Assembly (NCBI GenBank): GCA_002269645.1
Contig: NIVC01000096.1
Span: 186,001 to 250,000, forward strand
Length of the DNA stretch: 64,000 bases
Direction of reading: 5' to 3'
From: Macrostomum lignano
Taxonomy: Eukaryota
The notes under the pieces are model-generated. The model did no database searches and had not been told where the DNA came from. It saw nothing but the letters and a program-made list of their open reading frames with translations. Each line of letters opens with the position of its first letter. Position 1 is the stretch's first letter. Position numbers and translations under genes: made by a program. This document shows positions 10,155 through 23,049 of this stretch, one piece after another.

Positions 10155-13100
10155 GGGGATGCTTGCTATCTGGGGGATGCTTGCTATCTGGGTGGATGCT
10201 TGCTATCTGGGTGGATGCTTGCTATCTGGGGGATGCTTGCTATCTGGGGAATGCTTGCTATCTGGGTGGATGCTTGCTATCTGGGGGATGCTTGCTATCT
10301 GGGTGGATGCTTGCTATCTGGGGGATGCTTGCTATCTGGGGAATGCTTGCTATCTGGGGAATGCTTGCTATCTGGGGGATGCTTGCTATCTGGGTGGATG
10401 CTTGCTATCTGGGGGATGCTTGCTATCTGGGGAATGCTTGCTATCTGGGGAATGCTTGCTATCTGGGGGATGCTTGCTATCTGGGTGGATGCTTGCTATC
10501 TGGGTGGATGCTTGCTATCTGGGGGATGCTTGCTATCTGGGTGGATGCTTGCTATCTGGTGGATGCTTGCTATCTGGGTGGATGCTTGCTATCTGGTGGA
10601 TGCTTGCTATCTGGGTGGATGCTTGCTATCTGGGGAATGCTTGCTATCTGGGGAATGCTTGCTATCTGGGGGATGCTTGCTATCTGGGTGGATGCTTGCT
10701 ATCTGGGGGATGCTTGCTATCTGGGTGGATGCTTGCTATCTGGGGGATGCTTGCTATCTGGGGAATGCTTGCTATCTGGGGAATGCTTGCTATCTGGGGA
10801 ATGCTTGCTATCTGGGGGATGCTTGCTATCTGGGTGGATGCTTGCTATCTGGGGGATGCTTGCTATCTGGGGAATGCTTGCTATCTGGGGAATGCTTGCT
10901 ATCTGGGGGATGCTTGCTATCTGGGTGGATGCTTGCTATCTGGGTGGATGCTTGCTATCTGGGGGATGCTTGCTATCTGGGTGGATGCTTGCTATCTGGT
11001 GGATGCTTGCTATCTGGGTGGATGCTTGCTATCTGGTGGATGCTTGCTATCTGGGTGGATGCTTGCTATCTGGGGAATGCTTGCTATCTGGGGAATGCTT
11101 GCTATCTGGGGGATGCTTGCTATCTGGGTGGATGCTTGCTATCTGGGGGATGCTTGCTATCTGGGTGGATGCTTGCTATCTGGTGGATGCTTGCTATCTG
11201 GGGGATGCTTGCTATCTGGGGAATGCTTGCTATCTGGGGGATGCTTGCTATCTGGGTGGATGCTTGCTATCTGGGGGATGCTTGCTATCTGGGTGGATGC
11301 TTGCTATCTGGTGGATGCTTGCTATCTGGGGGATGCTTGCTATCTGGGGGATGCTTGCTATCTGGGGGATGCTTGCTATCTGGGTGGATGCTTGCTATCT
11401 GGTGGATGCTTGCTATCTGGGGGATGCTTGCTATCTGGGTGGATGCTTGCTATCTGGTGGATGCTTGCTATCTGGTGGATGCTTGCTATCTGGTGGATGC
11501 TTGCTATCTGGTGGATGCTTGCTATCTGGGGGATGCTTGCTATCTGGGGGATGCTTGCTATCTGGGGGATGCTTGCTATCTGGGGGATGCTTGCTATCTG
11601 GGGATGCTTGCTATCTGGGTGGATGCTTGCTATCTGGGGGATGCTTGCTATCTGGGTGGATGCTTGCTATCTGGGGGATGCTTGCTATCTGGGGAATGCT
11701 TGCTATCTGGGGAATGCTTGCTATCTGGGGGATGCTTGCTATCTGGGTGGATGCTTGCTATCTGGGGGATGCTTGCTATCTGGGGAATGCTTGCTATCTG
11801 GGGAATGCTTGCTATCTGGGGGATGCTTGCTATCTGGGTGGATGCTTGCTATCTGGGTGGATGCTTGCTATCTGGGGGATGCTTGCTATCTGGGTGGATG
11901 CTTGCTATCTGGTGGATGCTTGCTATCTGGGTGGATGCTTGCTATCTGGTGGATGCTTGCTATCTGGGTGGATGCTTGCTATCTGGGGAATGCTTGCTAT
12001 CTGGGGAATGCTTGCTATCTGGGGGATGCTTGCTATCTGGGTGGATGCTTGCTATCTGGGGATGCTTGCTATCTGGGTGGATGCTTGCTATCTGGGGGAT
12101 GCTTGCTATCTGGGGAATGCTTGCTATCTGGGGAATGCTTGCTATCTGGGGAATGCTTGCTATCTGGGGATGCTTGCTATCTGGGTGGATGCTTGCTATC
12201 TGGGGGATGCTTGCTATCTGGGGAATGCTTGCTATCTGGGGAATGCTTGCTATCTGGGGGATGCTTGCTATCTGGGTGGATGCTTGCTATCTGGGTGGAT
12301 GCTTGCTATCTGGTGGATGCTTGCTATCTGGGTGGATGCTTGCTATCTGGTGGATGCTTGCTATCTGGGTGGATGCTTGCTATCTGGGGAATGCTTGCTA
12401 TCTGGGGAATGCTTGCTATCTGGGGGATGCTTGCTATCTGGGTGGATGCTTGCTATCTGGGGGATGCTTGCTATCTGGGTGGATGCTTGCTATCTGGTGG
12501 ATGCTTGCTATCTGGGGGATGCTTGCTATCTGGGGAATGCTTGCTATCTGGGGGATGCTTGCTATCTGGGTGGATGCTTGCTATCTGGGGAATGCTTGCT
12601 ATCTGGGTGGATGCTTGCTATCTGGTGGATGCTTGCTATCTGGGGGATGCTTGCTATCTGGGGGATGCTTGCTATCTGGGGGATGCTTGCTATCTGGGTG
12701 GATGCTTGCTATCTGGTGGATGCTTGCTATCTGGGGGATGCTTGCTATCTGGGTGAATGCTTGCTATCTGGGTGGATGCTTGCTATCTGGTGGATGCTTG
12801 CTATCTGGTGGATGCTTGCTATCTGGTGGATGCTTGCTATCTGGTGGATGCTTGCTATCTGGTGGATGCTTGCTATCTGGGGGATGCTTGCTATCTGGGG
12901 GATGCTTGCTATCTGGGGGATGCTTGCTATCTGGGGGATGCTTGCTATCTGGGGGATGCTTGCTATCTGGGGGATGCTTGCTATCTGGGGGATGCTTGCT
13001 ATCTGGGGGATGCTTGCTATCTGGGGGATGCTTGCTATCTGGGGGATGCTTGCTATCTGGGGGATGCTTGCTATCTGGGGGATGCTTGCTATCTGGGGGA

Positions 13101-15337
13101 TGCTTGCTATCTGGGTGGATGCTTGCTATCTGGGGGATGCTTGCTATCTGGGGGATGCTTGCTATCTGGGGGATGCTTGCTATCTGGGGAATGCTTGCTA
13201 TCTGGGGATGCTTGCTATCTGGGTGGATGCTTGCTATCTGGGGGATGCTTGCTATCTGGGTGGATGCTTGCTATCTGGGGGATGCTTGCTATCTGGGGAA
13301 TGCTTGCTATCTGGGGAATGCTTGCTATCTGGGGAATGCTTGCTATCTGGGGGATGCTTGCTATCTGGGTGGATGCTTGCTATCTGGGGGATGCTTGCTA
13401 TCTGGGGAATGCTTGCTATCTGGGGAATGCTTGCTATCTGGGGGATGCTTGCTATCTGGGTGGATGCTTGCTATCTGGGTGGATGCTTGCTATCTGGGGG
13501 ATGCTTGCTATCTGGGGGATGCTTGCTATCTGGGGGATGCTTGCTATCTGGGGGATGCTTGCTATCTGGGGGATGCTTGCTATCTGGGGATGCTTGCTAT
13601 CTGGGGGATGCTTGCTATCTGGGTGGATGCTTGCTATCTGGGGGATGCTTGCTATCTGGGGGATGCTTGCTATCTGGGGGATGCTTGCTATCTGGGGGAT
13701 GCTTGCTATCTGGGGGATGCTTGCTATCTGGGTGGATGCTTGCTATCTGGGGGATGCTTGCTATCTGGGGAATGCTTGCTATCTGGGGGATGCTTGCTAT
13801 CTGGGGGATGCTTGCTATCTGGGGGATGCTTGCTATCTGGGGGATGCTTGCTATCTGGGTGGATGCTTGCTATCTGGGGGATGCTTGCTATCTGGGTGGA
13901 TGCTTGCTATCTGGGGGATGCTTGCTATCTGGGGAATGCTTGCTATCTGGGGAATGCTTGCTATCTGGGGAATGCTTGCTATCTGGGGGATGCTTGCTAT
14001 CTGGGTGGATGCTTGCTATCTGGGGGATGCTTGCTATCTGGGGAATGCTTGCTATCTGGGGAATGCTTGCTATCTGGGGGATGCTTGCTATCTGGGTGGA
14101 TGCTTGCTATCTGGGTGGATGCTTGCTATCTGGGGGATGCTTGCTATCTGGGGGATGCTTGCTATCTGGGGGATGCTTGCTATCTGGGGGATGCTTGCTA
14201 TCTGGGGGATGCTTGCTATCTGGGGGATGCTTGCTATCTGGGGGATGCTTGCTATCTGGGTGGATGCTTGCTATCTGGGGGATGCTTGCTATCTGGGGGA
14301 TGCTTGCTATCTGGGGGATGCTTGCTATCTGGGGGATGCTTGCTATCTGGGGGATGCTTGCTATCTGGGTGGATGCTTGCTATCTGGGTGGATGCTTGCT
14401 ATCTGGGGAATGCTTGCTATCTGGGGGATGCTTGCTATCTGGGGGATGCTTGCTATCTGGGGATGCTTGCTATCTGGGGGATGCTTGCTATCTGGGGGAT
14501 GCTTGCTATCTGGGGGATGCTTGCTATCTGGGGGATGCTTGCTATCTGGGGGATGCTTGCTATCTGGGGGATGCTTGCTATCTGGGGGATGCTTGCTATC
14601 TGGGGGATGCTTGCTATCTGGGGGATGCTTGCTATCTGGGTGGATGCTTGCTATCTGGGTGGATGCTTGCTATCTGGGGGATGCTTGCTATCTGGGGGAT
14701 GCTTGCTATCTGGGGGATGCTTGCTATCTGGGGGATGCTTGCTATCTGGGGGATGCTTGCTATCTGGGGGATGCTTGCTATCTGGGGGATGCTTGCTATC
14801 TGGGTGGATGCTTGCTATCTGGGGATGCTTGCTATCTGGGGGATGCTTGCTATCTGGGGGATGCTTGCTATCTGGGGGATGCTTGCTATCTGGGGGATGC
14901 TTGCTATCTGGGTGGATGCTTGCTATCTGGGTGGATGCTTGCTATCTGGGGAATGCTTGCTATCTGGGGGATGCTTGCTATCTGGGGGATGCTTGCTATC
15001 TGGGGGATGCTTGCTATCTGGGGGATGCTTGCTATCTGGGGGATGCTTGCTATCTGGGGGATGCTTGCTATCTGGGGGATGCTTGCTATCTGGGGGATGC
15101 TTGCTATCTGGGGGATGCTTGCTATCTGGGGGATGCTTGCTATCTGGGGGATGCTTGCTATCTGGGGGATGCTTGCTATCTGGGGGATGCTTGCTATCTG
15201 GGGATGCTTGCTATCTGGGGGATGCTTGCTATCTGGGGGATGCTTGCTATCTGGGTGGATGCTTGCTATCTGGGGGATGCTTGCTATCTGGGGAATGCTT
15301 GCTATCTGGGGAATGCTTGCTATCTGGGGGATGCTTG
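10155..15337. repeat. 5.2-kb minisatellite, ~280 units of 17-19 bp, invariant core ATGCTTGCTATCTGG with variable G-linker
   Basis: Direct reading; source of the 887-1739 aa artefactual ORFs. Confidence 0.98.
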
Positions 15338-16149
15338 TAGAATATATAAGCAACCACTTTCAGCAGAGTAGCAATTTTTATCTATTTTTAATTCTTAAGT
15401 TTGAAAAAAATAAATTTCTGGTTTTAATTTACGATTAAAAATAGTCAGACAAACAGGCTTCGACTGTTACAAGAAGCTGTTAAAAGGCAAAAATCAGGGT
15501 GATCGGGGTTCGGGTACTGGACTTCCCTGAGCTCGCCGAGTGGCATACGAGGGTGAGCAGCGATCCCCGAGACGTACACAGCCAGAATTGGATGGACCAT
15601 GCAGGAGTGTAACTGTTAAGCCCTAGTGATTGATGCGCGGATGATGAGGCTGCGAGCAGATAGCCACTCGGCAGCGACAGAGAGGAGAACAGTGAACACG
15701 AATATCCTGGTATAGAACAGAAACGCAAAACAGAGAAAAGAGAAGATATTTTCTGTGGTGGTAGTGGGTCGTAACTTTGGGAGGCCTTAGCTTTCCGCTT
15801 CTTGCTTTCCGCATTGTTTCCTGAGACTTTTTGATATTAATTCTAACTGTATAACTGTCAAAGAAATAGGAAAAACGGGACGGCTTAGTTTTAAAACTTT
15901 CATCAACTTGATAATTGCGACAATTAGCGCTGTATCCACAATTCTTGAAATGTTTAAATAGCCCAGCCAGGGCCCTGTCCCCTTTCAATCATGCCAAAAT
16001 ATTTGTTGTTCAATGATTTTTCATTGTTTTTTATATGCAACATCATTAAACAGAAATTTTATTGTGCCCCTAAGAAAATAAATCTTGGCTGCGCCTTTGA
16101 GCCGAACAACGAGCGTACATTTATAACTGCCAACACCTTTCCTGTGCAG

Positions 16150-16284
16150 GTCTATGGCTACGGAAACTCCTGAAAGTTCGGAAAAAAAGGAGCGCAAATG
16201 CCTCCATCGATGCCGGTCTTCATCAAGTCTGCCTGATCCGGTTAAAAAGAGAGGGCGAAAATTGCGGACTCTTCTATCATTCAG
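16150..16284 (+). CDS. Variable exon V1 (135 nt, phase 2-2; ATG 16154; MATETPESSEKKERK...LLSFR)
   Basis: CCTGTGCAG|GTCTATGG acceptor, CAG|GTATGG donor, open frame, paralogous flanks. Confidence 0.65.
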
Positions 16285-16787
16285 GTATGGCTATTAAGTT
16301 TTTGTCTTTCATTTCTCATCTCTCATGTCGCTCATTCCAGTTCTATAAAAGGCAGTTTTGCTTCTTCTGATACTAATTGATTTCATTCAGTCTGATACAA
16401 TAATAAAAACGGGACTTTACTACTGGTAGATATTAAACAAGAAGATAAAAAGGTGCGAAAATAGGTTTCTTCTAAAAGGTGCGAAATAGAGTTCCTCCTT
16501 GCTAGTCTATCGCTTTAAAGTAGTCATTTCAATTCCACTTTGGCTCAGAGAACAGCAATATATCACTTTCATTTATAGCTTTACGATTACATCCTTCACT
16601 TACATTTTTTATCATGCCTAAAAATTGTGTACGAGCGTACAATGATTCTTCGTTGTGTTTTAATTATACGTAACATCATTAAACAAAATTTTTGTGCCCC
16701 CCCCCAGAAAATAAATATTGGCTGTGTCTTTGAGCCTAACTACGAACTAACTAACCTAACTAACTGCCAACACCTTTTCCTGTGCAG

Positions 16788-16916
16788 GTCTATGGATACG
16801 GAGGCGCCTGACAGTTCAAGAAAAAAGGAGTACGAAAAGCTCCAATCGATCCGGACCGATCCAATTGAACCGGTTGAGATGACAGGGCCAGAATTATCAA
16901 CTTCTCAATCATCCAG
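16788..16916 (+). CDS. Variable exon V2 (129 nt, phase 2-2; ATG 16792; MDTEAPDSSRKKEYEK...SQSSR)
   Basis: CCTGTGCAG|GTCTATGG acceptor, CAG|GTATAG donor, open frame. Confidence 0.65.
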
Positions 16917-17024
16917 GTATAGCTAGAAATCAGCGCCCCCTGTTGGGGAGCTAACAAAAAATAAAGTACAAATTTTTGAAAAAAACTACATGTAGCGTCT
17001 CTTTGCAATAACCTCAGCAATCTT

Positions 17025-17120
17025 GAGGCCTTGACATCTCAGCAATTCCCCCACAAGCCTTAACATATCAACTTCTCCCTCCCCCCCTTGACATCTCAAC
17101 GATGCCTCCATAAGCCTCAA
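17025..17120. repeat. Degenerate dispersed copy of the 30-bp BTAF1 intron-4 minisatellite (reverse orientation)
   Basis: GCCTTGACATCTCAGCAATTCCCCCACAAG matches reverse complement of the 30-mer. Confidence 0.7.
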
Positions 17121-17533
17121 AATCTGAAGCGGTACTGCACTACTGGTATAGTCTAATATGCTAAACATCAATATCTTGCTTGCTTGTATATCACTAAAAA
17201 TTAACCTTAGTAATTAAACAAGATCATAAGAAGGTAAGTTTCATGAAGAATTAAAATCATATGTTATAAATTTTACGTGAGTTTCGACATCCGCAAAATC
17301 TTATGAATTTTCCGCTTCAGATTTCCTCCTTGCTAGTTTTTACCCGGGTTAGCATGTTAGTGATAACAAGCCGCTAAAAGGAGCGCTTTAAAGTAGTCAT
17401 TTCTATTCCACTTTGGCTCAGAGAACAGCAATCTATCACTTTCATTTATAGCTTTACGATTACATCCTTCACTTACATTTTTTATTATTTATGCAACACA
17501 AAGCCTGAGTGCTAGCACCATTTTTAACTGCAG

Positions 17534-17627
17534 ATCCGAGGACAAAGAAGACTGTGGATGGGGAATCGAAGCGGTTCGATCATTCAACGACGAACCCCCA
17601 AAATCGCCACCACTCCCCATTATGTAG
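17534..17627 (+). other. Candidate fifth, out-of-phase module exon (94 nt)
   Basis: TTTTTAACTGCAG| acceptor, TGTAG|GTTTGA donor, sits between the conserved pre- and post-exon modules. Confidence 0.35.
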
Positions 17628-17804
17628 GTTTGAGCTTCAATGTTTTGTGCCATCCACTCCGATAGCTGGCGAATTTTTGATCAATTTGTAGCTGCTGTGA
17701 CGGGCCTTTCAGGACGGAATTTCCCCTTCCCGTTAATCCCGTTAGCTAATTCTATCCACAAAATTGCCAAATAAATCGGCAAAAAAGTCTGAAAACTGAT
17801 GCAA

Positions 17805-20800
17805 GACCGCACTACCGGTGTACCAAATATAAATAGGCTGCCGAGGACTGACAAGAGCTAAACTGTAGTGGCTCGTAGCAGGCTTCATCAGAGAGTATAT
17901 TTTTTAATTATATTTTTAATAGTAACTACGGCTGGGCTCAAGCTTAAAGTAAATATTCAACTCATGGTCTCATACGTCTCATGGTTCAGATGGGTTACAA
18001 ATATGAAGATTTATAAAGAAACTAACATGTATACCAAGCTCTCCGTTAATGTCGGTTCCCATTATCCCTATAGTAGCTCGTAGTTCCGTGGGTCAGAGAT
18101 TGTTGAAATCAGTTTTATTACATTAATGAACTGTGAACCCTGGATAATAAGAGAATAGCAGACGTGTCGATACCGTGCTCGAGATCAAAAGAATCTCCTG
18201 AAGAGTTTACGAGTGGCGATCAGTCACTCAAAACCCCACTTCCAGAACTGAAGCCTGGGAACAGAATTCAGTGATCACACAGAGTATCGGAATCGGTCAG
18301 CAGATCCTATCCAATCTCTGAGGAATAGGAAGGCCTCAAATTCAGTAGCTCAGTAAAATCGACTGATCAGTAATGGCTGGCAATAAAACCGCTCTCGATA
18401 ATCAAATAACGAAGACTCGAACAAAGACTTACCCAATCGGTATCACTTTCCCTCGGAGATATAGTTCTGTCGGACTCGTCAGTTGGCTCTGAGTCTCGAG
18501 AAACTGTTTAAGTCTCTTGGCCGCTCCGAGTCTGAGATATTAGATCGGGGTTTCGGCTTGTATTTATAGGCAAATATTCTTGCGAGAATAAGGATATTTC
18601 GATGAGGTGAAGGGTTCAGTTTTTTGAAATTTGACCCTTTGACAGTTAAATACGAGTAGAAATTTATACAATAGATTTATATCGAATAAAATTAATTTCG
18701 GGGCATCATTTACCTTTTTGGGGTCGTGATTCGTTGTTTACGATATTTGAGGTAAACATATATGGTTCATCTCTTGCTTTATAAATGATTCAAGCTTTTA
18801 AATTCTCCTGCAGTATTTATGCTATTCTACTTACAGTAGCATTTTGTGAACGTGTCTCTCTACACTCTCAGCAAAAATCCTCGCTCCGGCATTTATCTCG
18901 GCTACTTCACTGATATTTCGCACAGAATCGCTAAATCGGCCTGGCCCCCAAAATTGAGCTGGATAGGCGATGCCCTTGGGTTGGTAGCAAGAGGTGTTGT
19001 ATGTCCGCCTAGAGTCTCCCCCTCGGAAACAAGCCTTCCAGACTCACTCCAATAGTTAGCCCTTTCCAAGACTTCTGGGTTTCCCGCTCTTGGACGGCTT
19101 TTCAGTAATAATCCAATTCTGTTTTTCGCGCACTCCCGAGGACCTGTCTGCTGGGGGGTAGCCTGGGTGGACTCGGTCCTAGCACCGTCCCTGATTCCAC
19201 TGTTGGGTTGGCGGTGTCTTGTACCGTAGGCTTGAAGTCCCTCGCTCTTTCCCTAGCTTAAGCTGGGGCCCAACTAAATTGGTTACTCGGACTCCGAGCG
19301 GGTATCTCGCGTGCACAGTTTTTTCTGTGCCCCTGGACAGTGCCCTCTTGCGGTAGAGCCCCTCCAAGGGCTGATCCGCGGGTAGCCCCGTAGCTTCCCA
19401 CCCCCGTTTAACAACAAATCGGCCAAGACAGGCTTGGGCATGGCTCCAAACTCGTTGCCCCGTAGCAGGCTGGGAGCCCCCGTCTCATTAGGGAATTTTC
19501 CTTGGATGCACTTTTATGCAGGTGGCTGGTGGCGGCTACGCACCCTTGGCATGTACCTAGAAACAACCGGACCTGCTACTGTAGTTAAGTTCGAGGGACC
19601 TTGGTCACTCAGTCATACAAGAAGCTACTCACAATTAACTGAGGGAAGCAGTTCCAGGGATTCGAATTCTTAAAGGCAATGTTAATTGAAACTCATTGAT
19701 TTCAATAAGTCTGAAGCAGGACCGCACTACCGGTGTACCAAATATAAATAGGCTGCCGAGGACTGACAAGAGCTAAACTGTAGTGGCTCGTAGCAGGCTT
19801 CATCAGAGAGTATATTTTTTAATTATATTTTTAATAGTAATTACGGCTGTGCTCCAGCTTAAAGTAAATATTCAACTCATGGTCTCATACGTCTCATGGT
19901 TCAGATGGGTTACAAATATGAAGATTTATAAAGAAACTAACATGTATACCAAGCTCTCCGTTAATGTCGGTTCCCATTATCGCTATAGTAGCTCGTAGTT
20001 CCGTGGGTCAGAGATTGTTGAAATCAGTTTTATTACATTAATGAACTGTGAACCCTGGATAATAAGAGAATAACAGACGTGTCGATACCGTGCTCGAGGT
20101 CAAAAGAATCTCCTGAAGAGTTTACGAGTGGCGATCAGTCACTCAAAACCCCACTTCCAGAACTGAAGCCTGGGAACAGAATTCAGTGATCACTTACGGT
20201 TGCGGGCTCCTCTTCTTTGTAGTCCGGGTTGCAATCGCGCGCTGCAAGATTCTCCTAGCTGATTCTGAAGTCGGCGAATATGAGAGCATTTTAATTAAAT
20301 CGTCGTCAATGTGTTCAATAATCCAAATCGGAGATGCGCCCTAATAACAAAGTCAATTCTATAACAATAACGAGGTCCCATAGAGGGCGTCTTCCTTTTA
20401 GAAATAACAGAATCTGAATTGTGTGCCCTTATCTGTTACTCTAGGGTACCAAACTCAATCAAATCAATAATTCTCCAAGAGTATCGGAATCGGTATCGGA
20501 ATCGGTCAGCAGATCCTATCCAATCTCTGAGCAATAGGGAGGCCTCAAATTCAGTAGCTCAGTAAAATCGACTGATCAGTAATGGCTGGCAATAAAACCG
20601 CTCTCGATAATCAAATAACGAAGACTCGGACAAAGACTTACGGAATCGGTATCACTTTCCCTCGGAGATATAGTCCTGTCGGACTCGTCAGTTATCTGAG
20701 TCTCGAGAAACTGTTGAAGTCTCTTTGGCCGCTCCGAGTCTGAGATATTAGATCGGGTTTTTGGCTGGTATTTATAGGCAAATCTTCTTGCGAGAATAAG

Positions 20801-20885
20801 GATATTTCGATGAGGTGAAGGGTTCAGTTTTTTTATATTTGACCCTTTGACAGTTAAATACGAGTAGAAATTTATACAATAGATT
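17805..20885. repeat. Tandem duplication of an unclassified ~0.9-kb unit (17805-18677 and 19720-20885, second copy with 284-bp insertion at 20194-20477)
   Basis: Near-identical sequence by eye; each copy has minus-strand CCTATAAATA and GTAAGT. Confidence 0.85.
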
Positions 20886-21177
20886 AACTGAGGGAAGCAG
20901 TTCTAGCGATTCCAATTCTTAAAGGCAATGTTAATTGAAACTCATTGATTTCAATAAGTCTGAAGCAGGACTGCACTAACTGTACCAATATAAGTAGGCT
21001 GCAGAGGGCTATCGAGCTACAATGACGCGCTTCTAGCAGCATTCATTAGTGATCATATTTTTTCGAGTCACTGTGCCTGCTTAAGCTCTAAGCAAATATT
21101 TAAATTATAGGACAAACTTCTGAAGTAAAGGAAAAATGAAGCCCAACTTTAACTGCCAACTGCTTTTTTAAATGCAG

Positions 21178-21342
21178 GTCAATGGGAAACCCTGCTGAAT
21201 TCAAGCTGGAGCACAAGCTGGGGCACAATCTCTTCTTAGAGGTGATCTTTGAACTCGAACACCAACGAGCTGCTGCTACAGGCCGGTCTTCATCAAGTTT
21301 TTCTGAAGGGAGAGAGCCACAAAAATTTTTTATTCGACTCAG
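21178..21342 (+). CDS. Variable exon V3 (165 nt, phase 2-2; ATG 21182; MGNPAEFKLEHK...FFIRLR)
   Basis: AAATGCAG|GTCAATGG acceptor, CAG|GTATGT donor, open frame. Confidence 0.65.
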
Positions 21343-21679
21343 GTATGTAATTCCGTTTTTATCTTTCATTTCTCATTTCTCAGATTCCAGGGATTACAAT
21401 TCTAAAGGGCAATGTTGCTTCTCCCGATACCACTTGGTTTCATGGAGCCTCAAAACTGAAGTGGGCTGGAGAGTAACTGACACTCGTTAAGCCCTACTAA
21501 GAGTGACGCGCTGATGATGAGGCTGAGAGCAGGTAGCCAATCGGCAGCGAAAGAGAGGTGAACACGGGGTCTGGAGGCGTACAGACACTTCAGAGGCCTG
21601 AGTAAAACACGGATGGGGGAGAGCAGTGGGCTTGGTGGGGCCAAGCCACACAGGGCTGGGGGTGGGGCTATAAACTACA

Positions 21680-21975
21680 CATGGCTGGGGTTGGGGCTAA
21701 GCTACACAGTGCTGGGGCTGGGGTTGGGGCTAAGCTACACAGTGCTTGGACTGGGGTTAGGGCTAAGCTACACAGTGCTGGGGCTGGGGTTGGGGCTAAG
21801 CTACACAGTGCTGGGGCTGGGGTTGGGGCTAAGCTACACAGTGCTGGGGCTGGGGTTGGGGCTAAGCTACACATGGCTGAGTGGGGCTAAGCTACACATG
21901 GCTGAGTGGGGCTAAGCTACACATGGCTGAGTGGGGCTAAGCTACACAGGGCTGAAGGTGGGGCTAAGCTACACA
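21680..21975. repeat. G-rich ~33-bp minisatellite GGGGCTAAGCTACACAGTGCTGGGGCTGGGGTT
   Basis: Direct reading. Confidence 0.9.
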
Positions 21976-22860
21976 GGTTATGGGGAACGTGCAAAATACT
22001 GCTTTTTTCACAATTAAACGCTATCTTACGCACTTTTAAAACGCTAACCAAAATATACTAAATTAGGTACAAAACTACTGTAGTTTTTTTCCTACAGTAT
22101 TGTAATTCTGGTATCCTACAGTACTCAGAGCGGCATGCAAAAATCCTTGAAAATCCTGGTGAGAGCAGAAATAAAAATAGAGATACGAGAAGAAACTTTC
22201 CGTGGGGGTAGTGCCTCGTAGTGCCGCCTCCAGGTTGGCACTCCAGCTACCCAAGGACTACTTAAGAAGTAGTTTAACGAAGTGACTTCAGTGGTCCTTG
22301 CAGCTATCACCTTTACCTTATCCCAGTTGGCATGCCGCTCTGTGACGACAGCCGGTATTATACTTTACTCATCAGACAGCTCCTCAAGCTCCATGCTGTC
22401 TGCAGTTTCTCTGTAATCGCGTCGCATGACAACCCGAGGGGGCCGCGCAAATTTCAACTCCACTGGAGGCCTTCGCAAGTGCTTTCCGCAATTTTTTTCC
22501 TGAGACTTGGATATTAGTTTTATCTGTACAATTGTCAAAAAATAGGCAGATAAACGGGACGGCTTAGTTCTAAAACGTTTCAGCGTGATACTTTTACATA
22601 CTACTTGATTAATCTACCAATGAACTGCTGCTTTCAGGACGAAATTTCCAGTATCTTCACCCTTTGAAGCGCTAGTCGAAGGGGACTGCCCCGGAATCAT
22701 GCCACAATTTTTGTCTCCAATGATATTGCGTCGTGTTATGCAACATCATTAAACGTACATGTAATTAATTTATTATCAAGTCGGCCTAAAAAGAAATGCT
22801 GCAGATGTAGAGGAATAAATGAAGCCTAACTATAACTGCCAACTGCTTTCTCAAATGCAG

Positions 22861-23049
22861 GTCAATGGGCAATCTAGCTGGATTCGAAGCTTGGAAAACT
22901 CTAAACGAAATGAAGAAAAAGGACCTCCTAGAGACCGCGATCTCTGCACTCAAACACGAACTAGATGATCTTACCAGGACTTCATCAGGTCGGCCTGATT
23001 TGGTTGAAGAGAGAGAGCCACAAGCAACATTAATTCGTCCATTCTGCAG
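22861..23049 (+). CDS. Variable exon V4 (189 nt, phase 2-2; ATG 22865; MGNLAGFEAWKTLNEMKK...RPFCR)
   Basis: AAATGCAG|GTCAATGG acceptor, CAG|GTACAA donor, open frame. Confidence 0.6.

Noticed and set aside
10093-15438. Overlapping 887-1739 aa ORFs
   Set aside because: Open in all three frames because the 18-bp unit lacks stops; translations are WGMLAI/GGCLLS/DACYLG repeats
17805-20193. LTR retrotransposon (480-bp direct repeats)
   Set aside because: No TG..CA ends, PBS, PPT, TSD or gag/pol motifs; homology extends beyond the repeats as a tandem duplication
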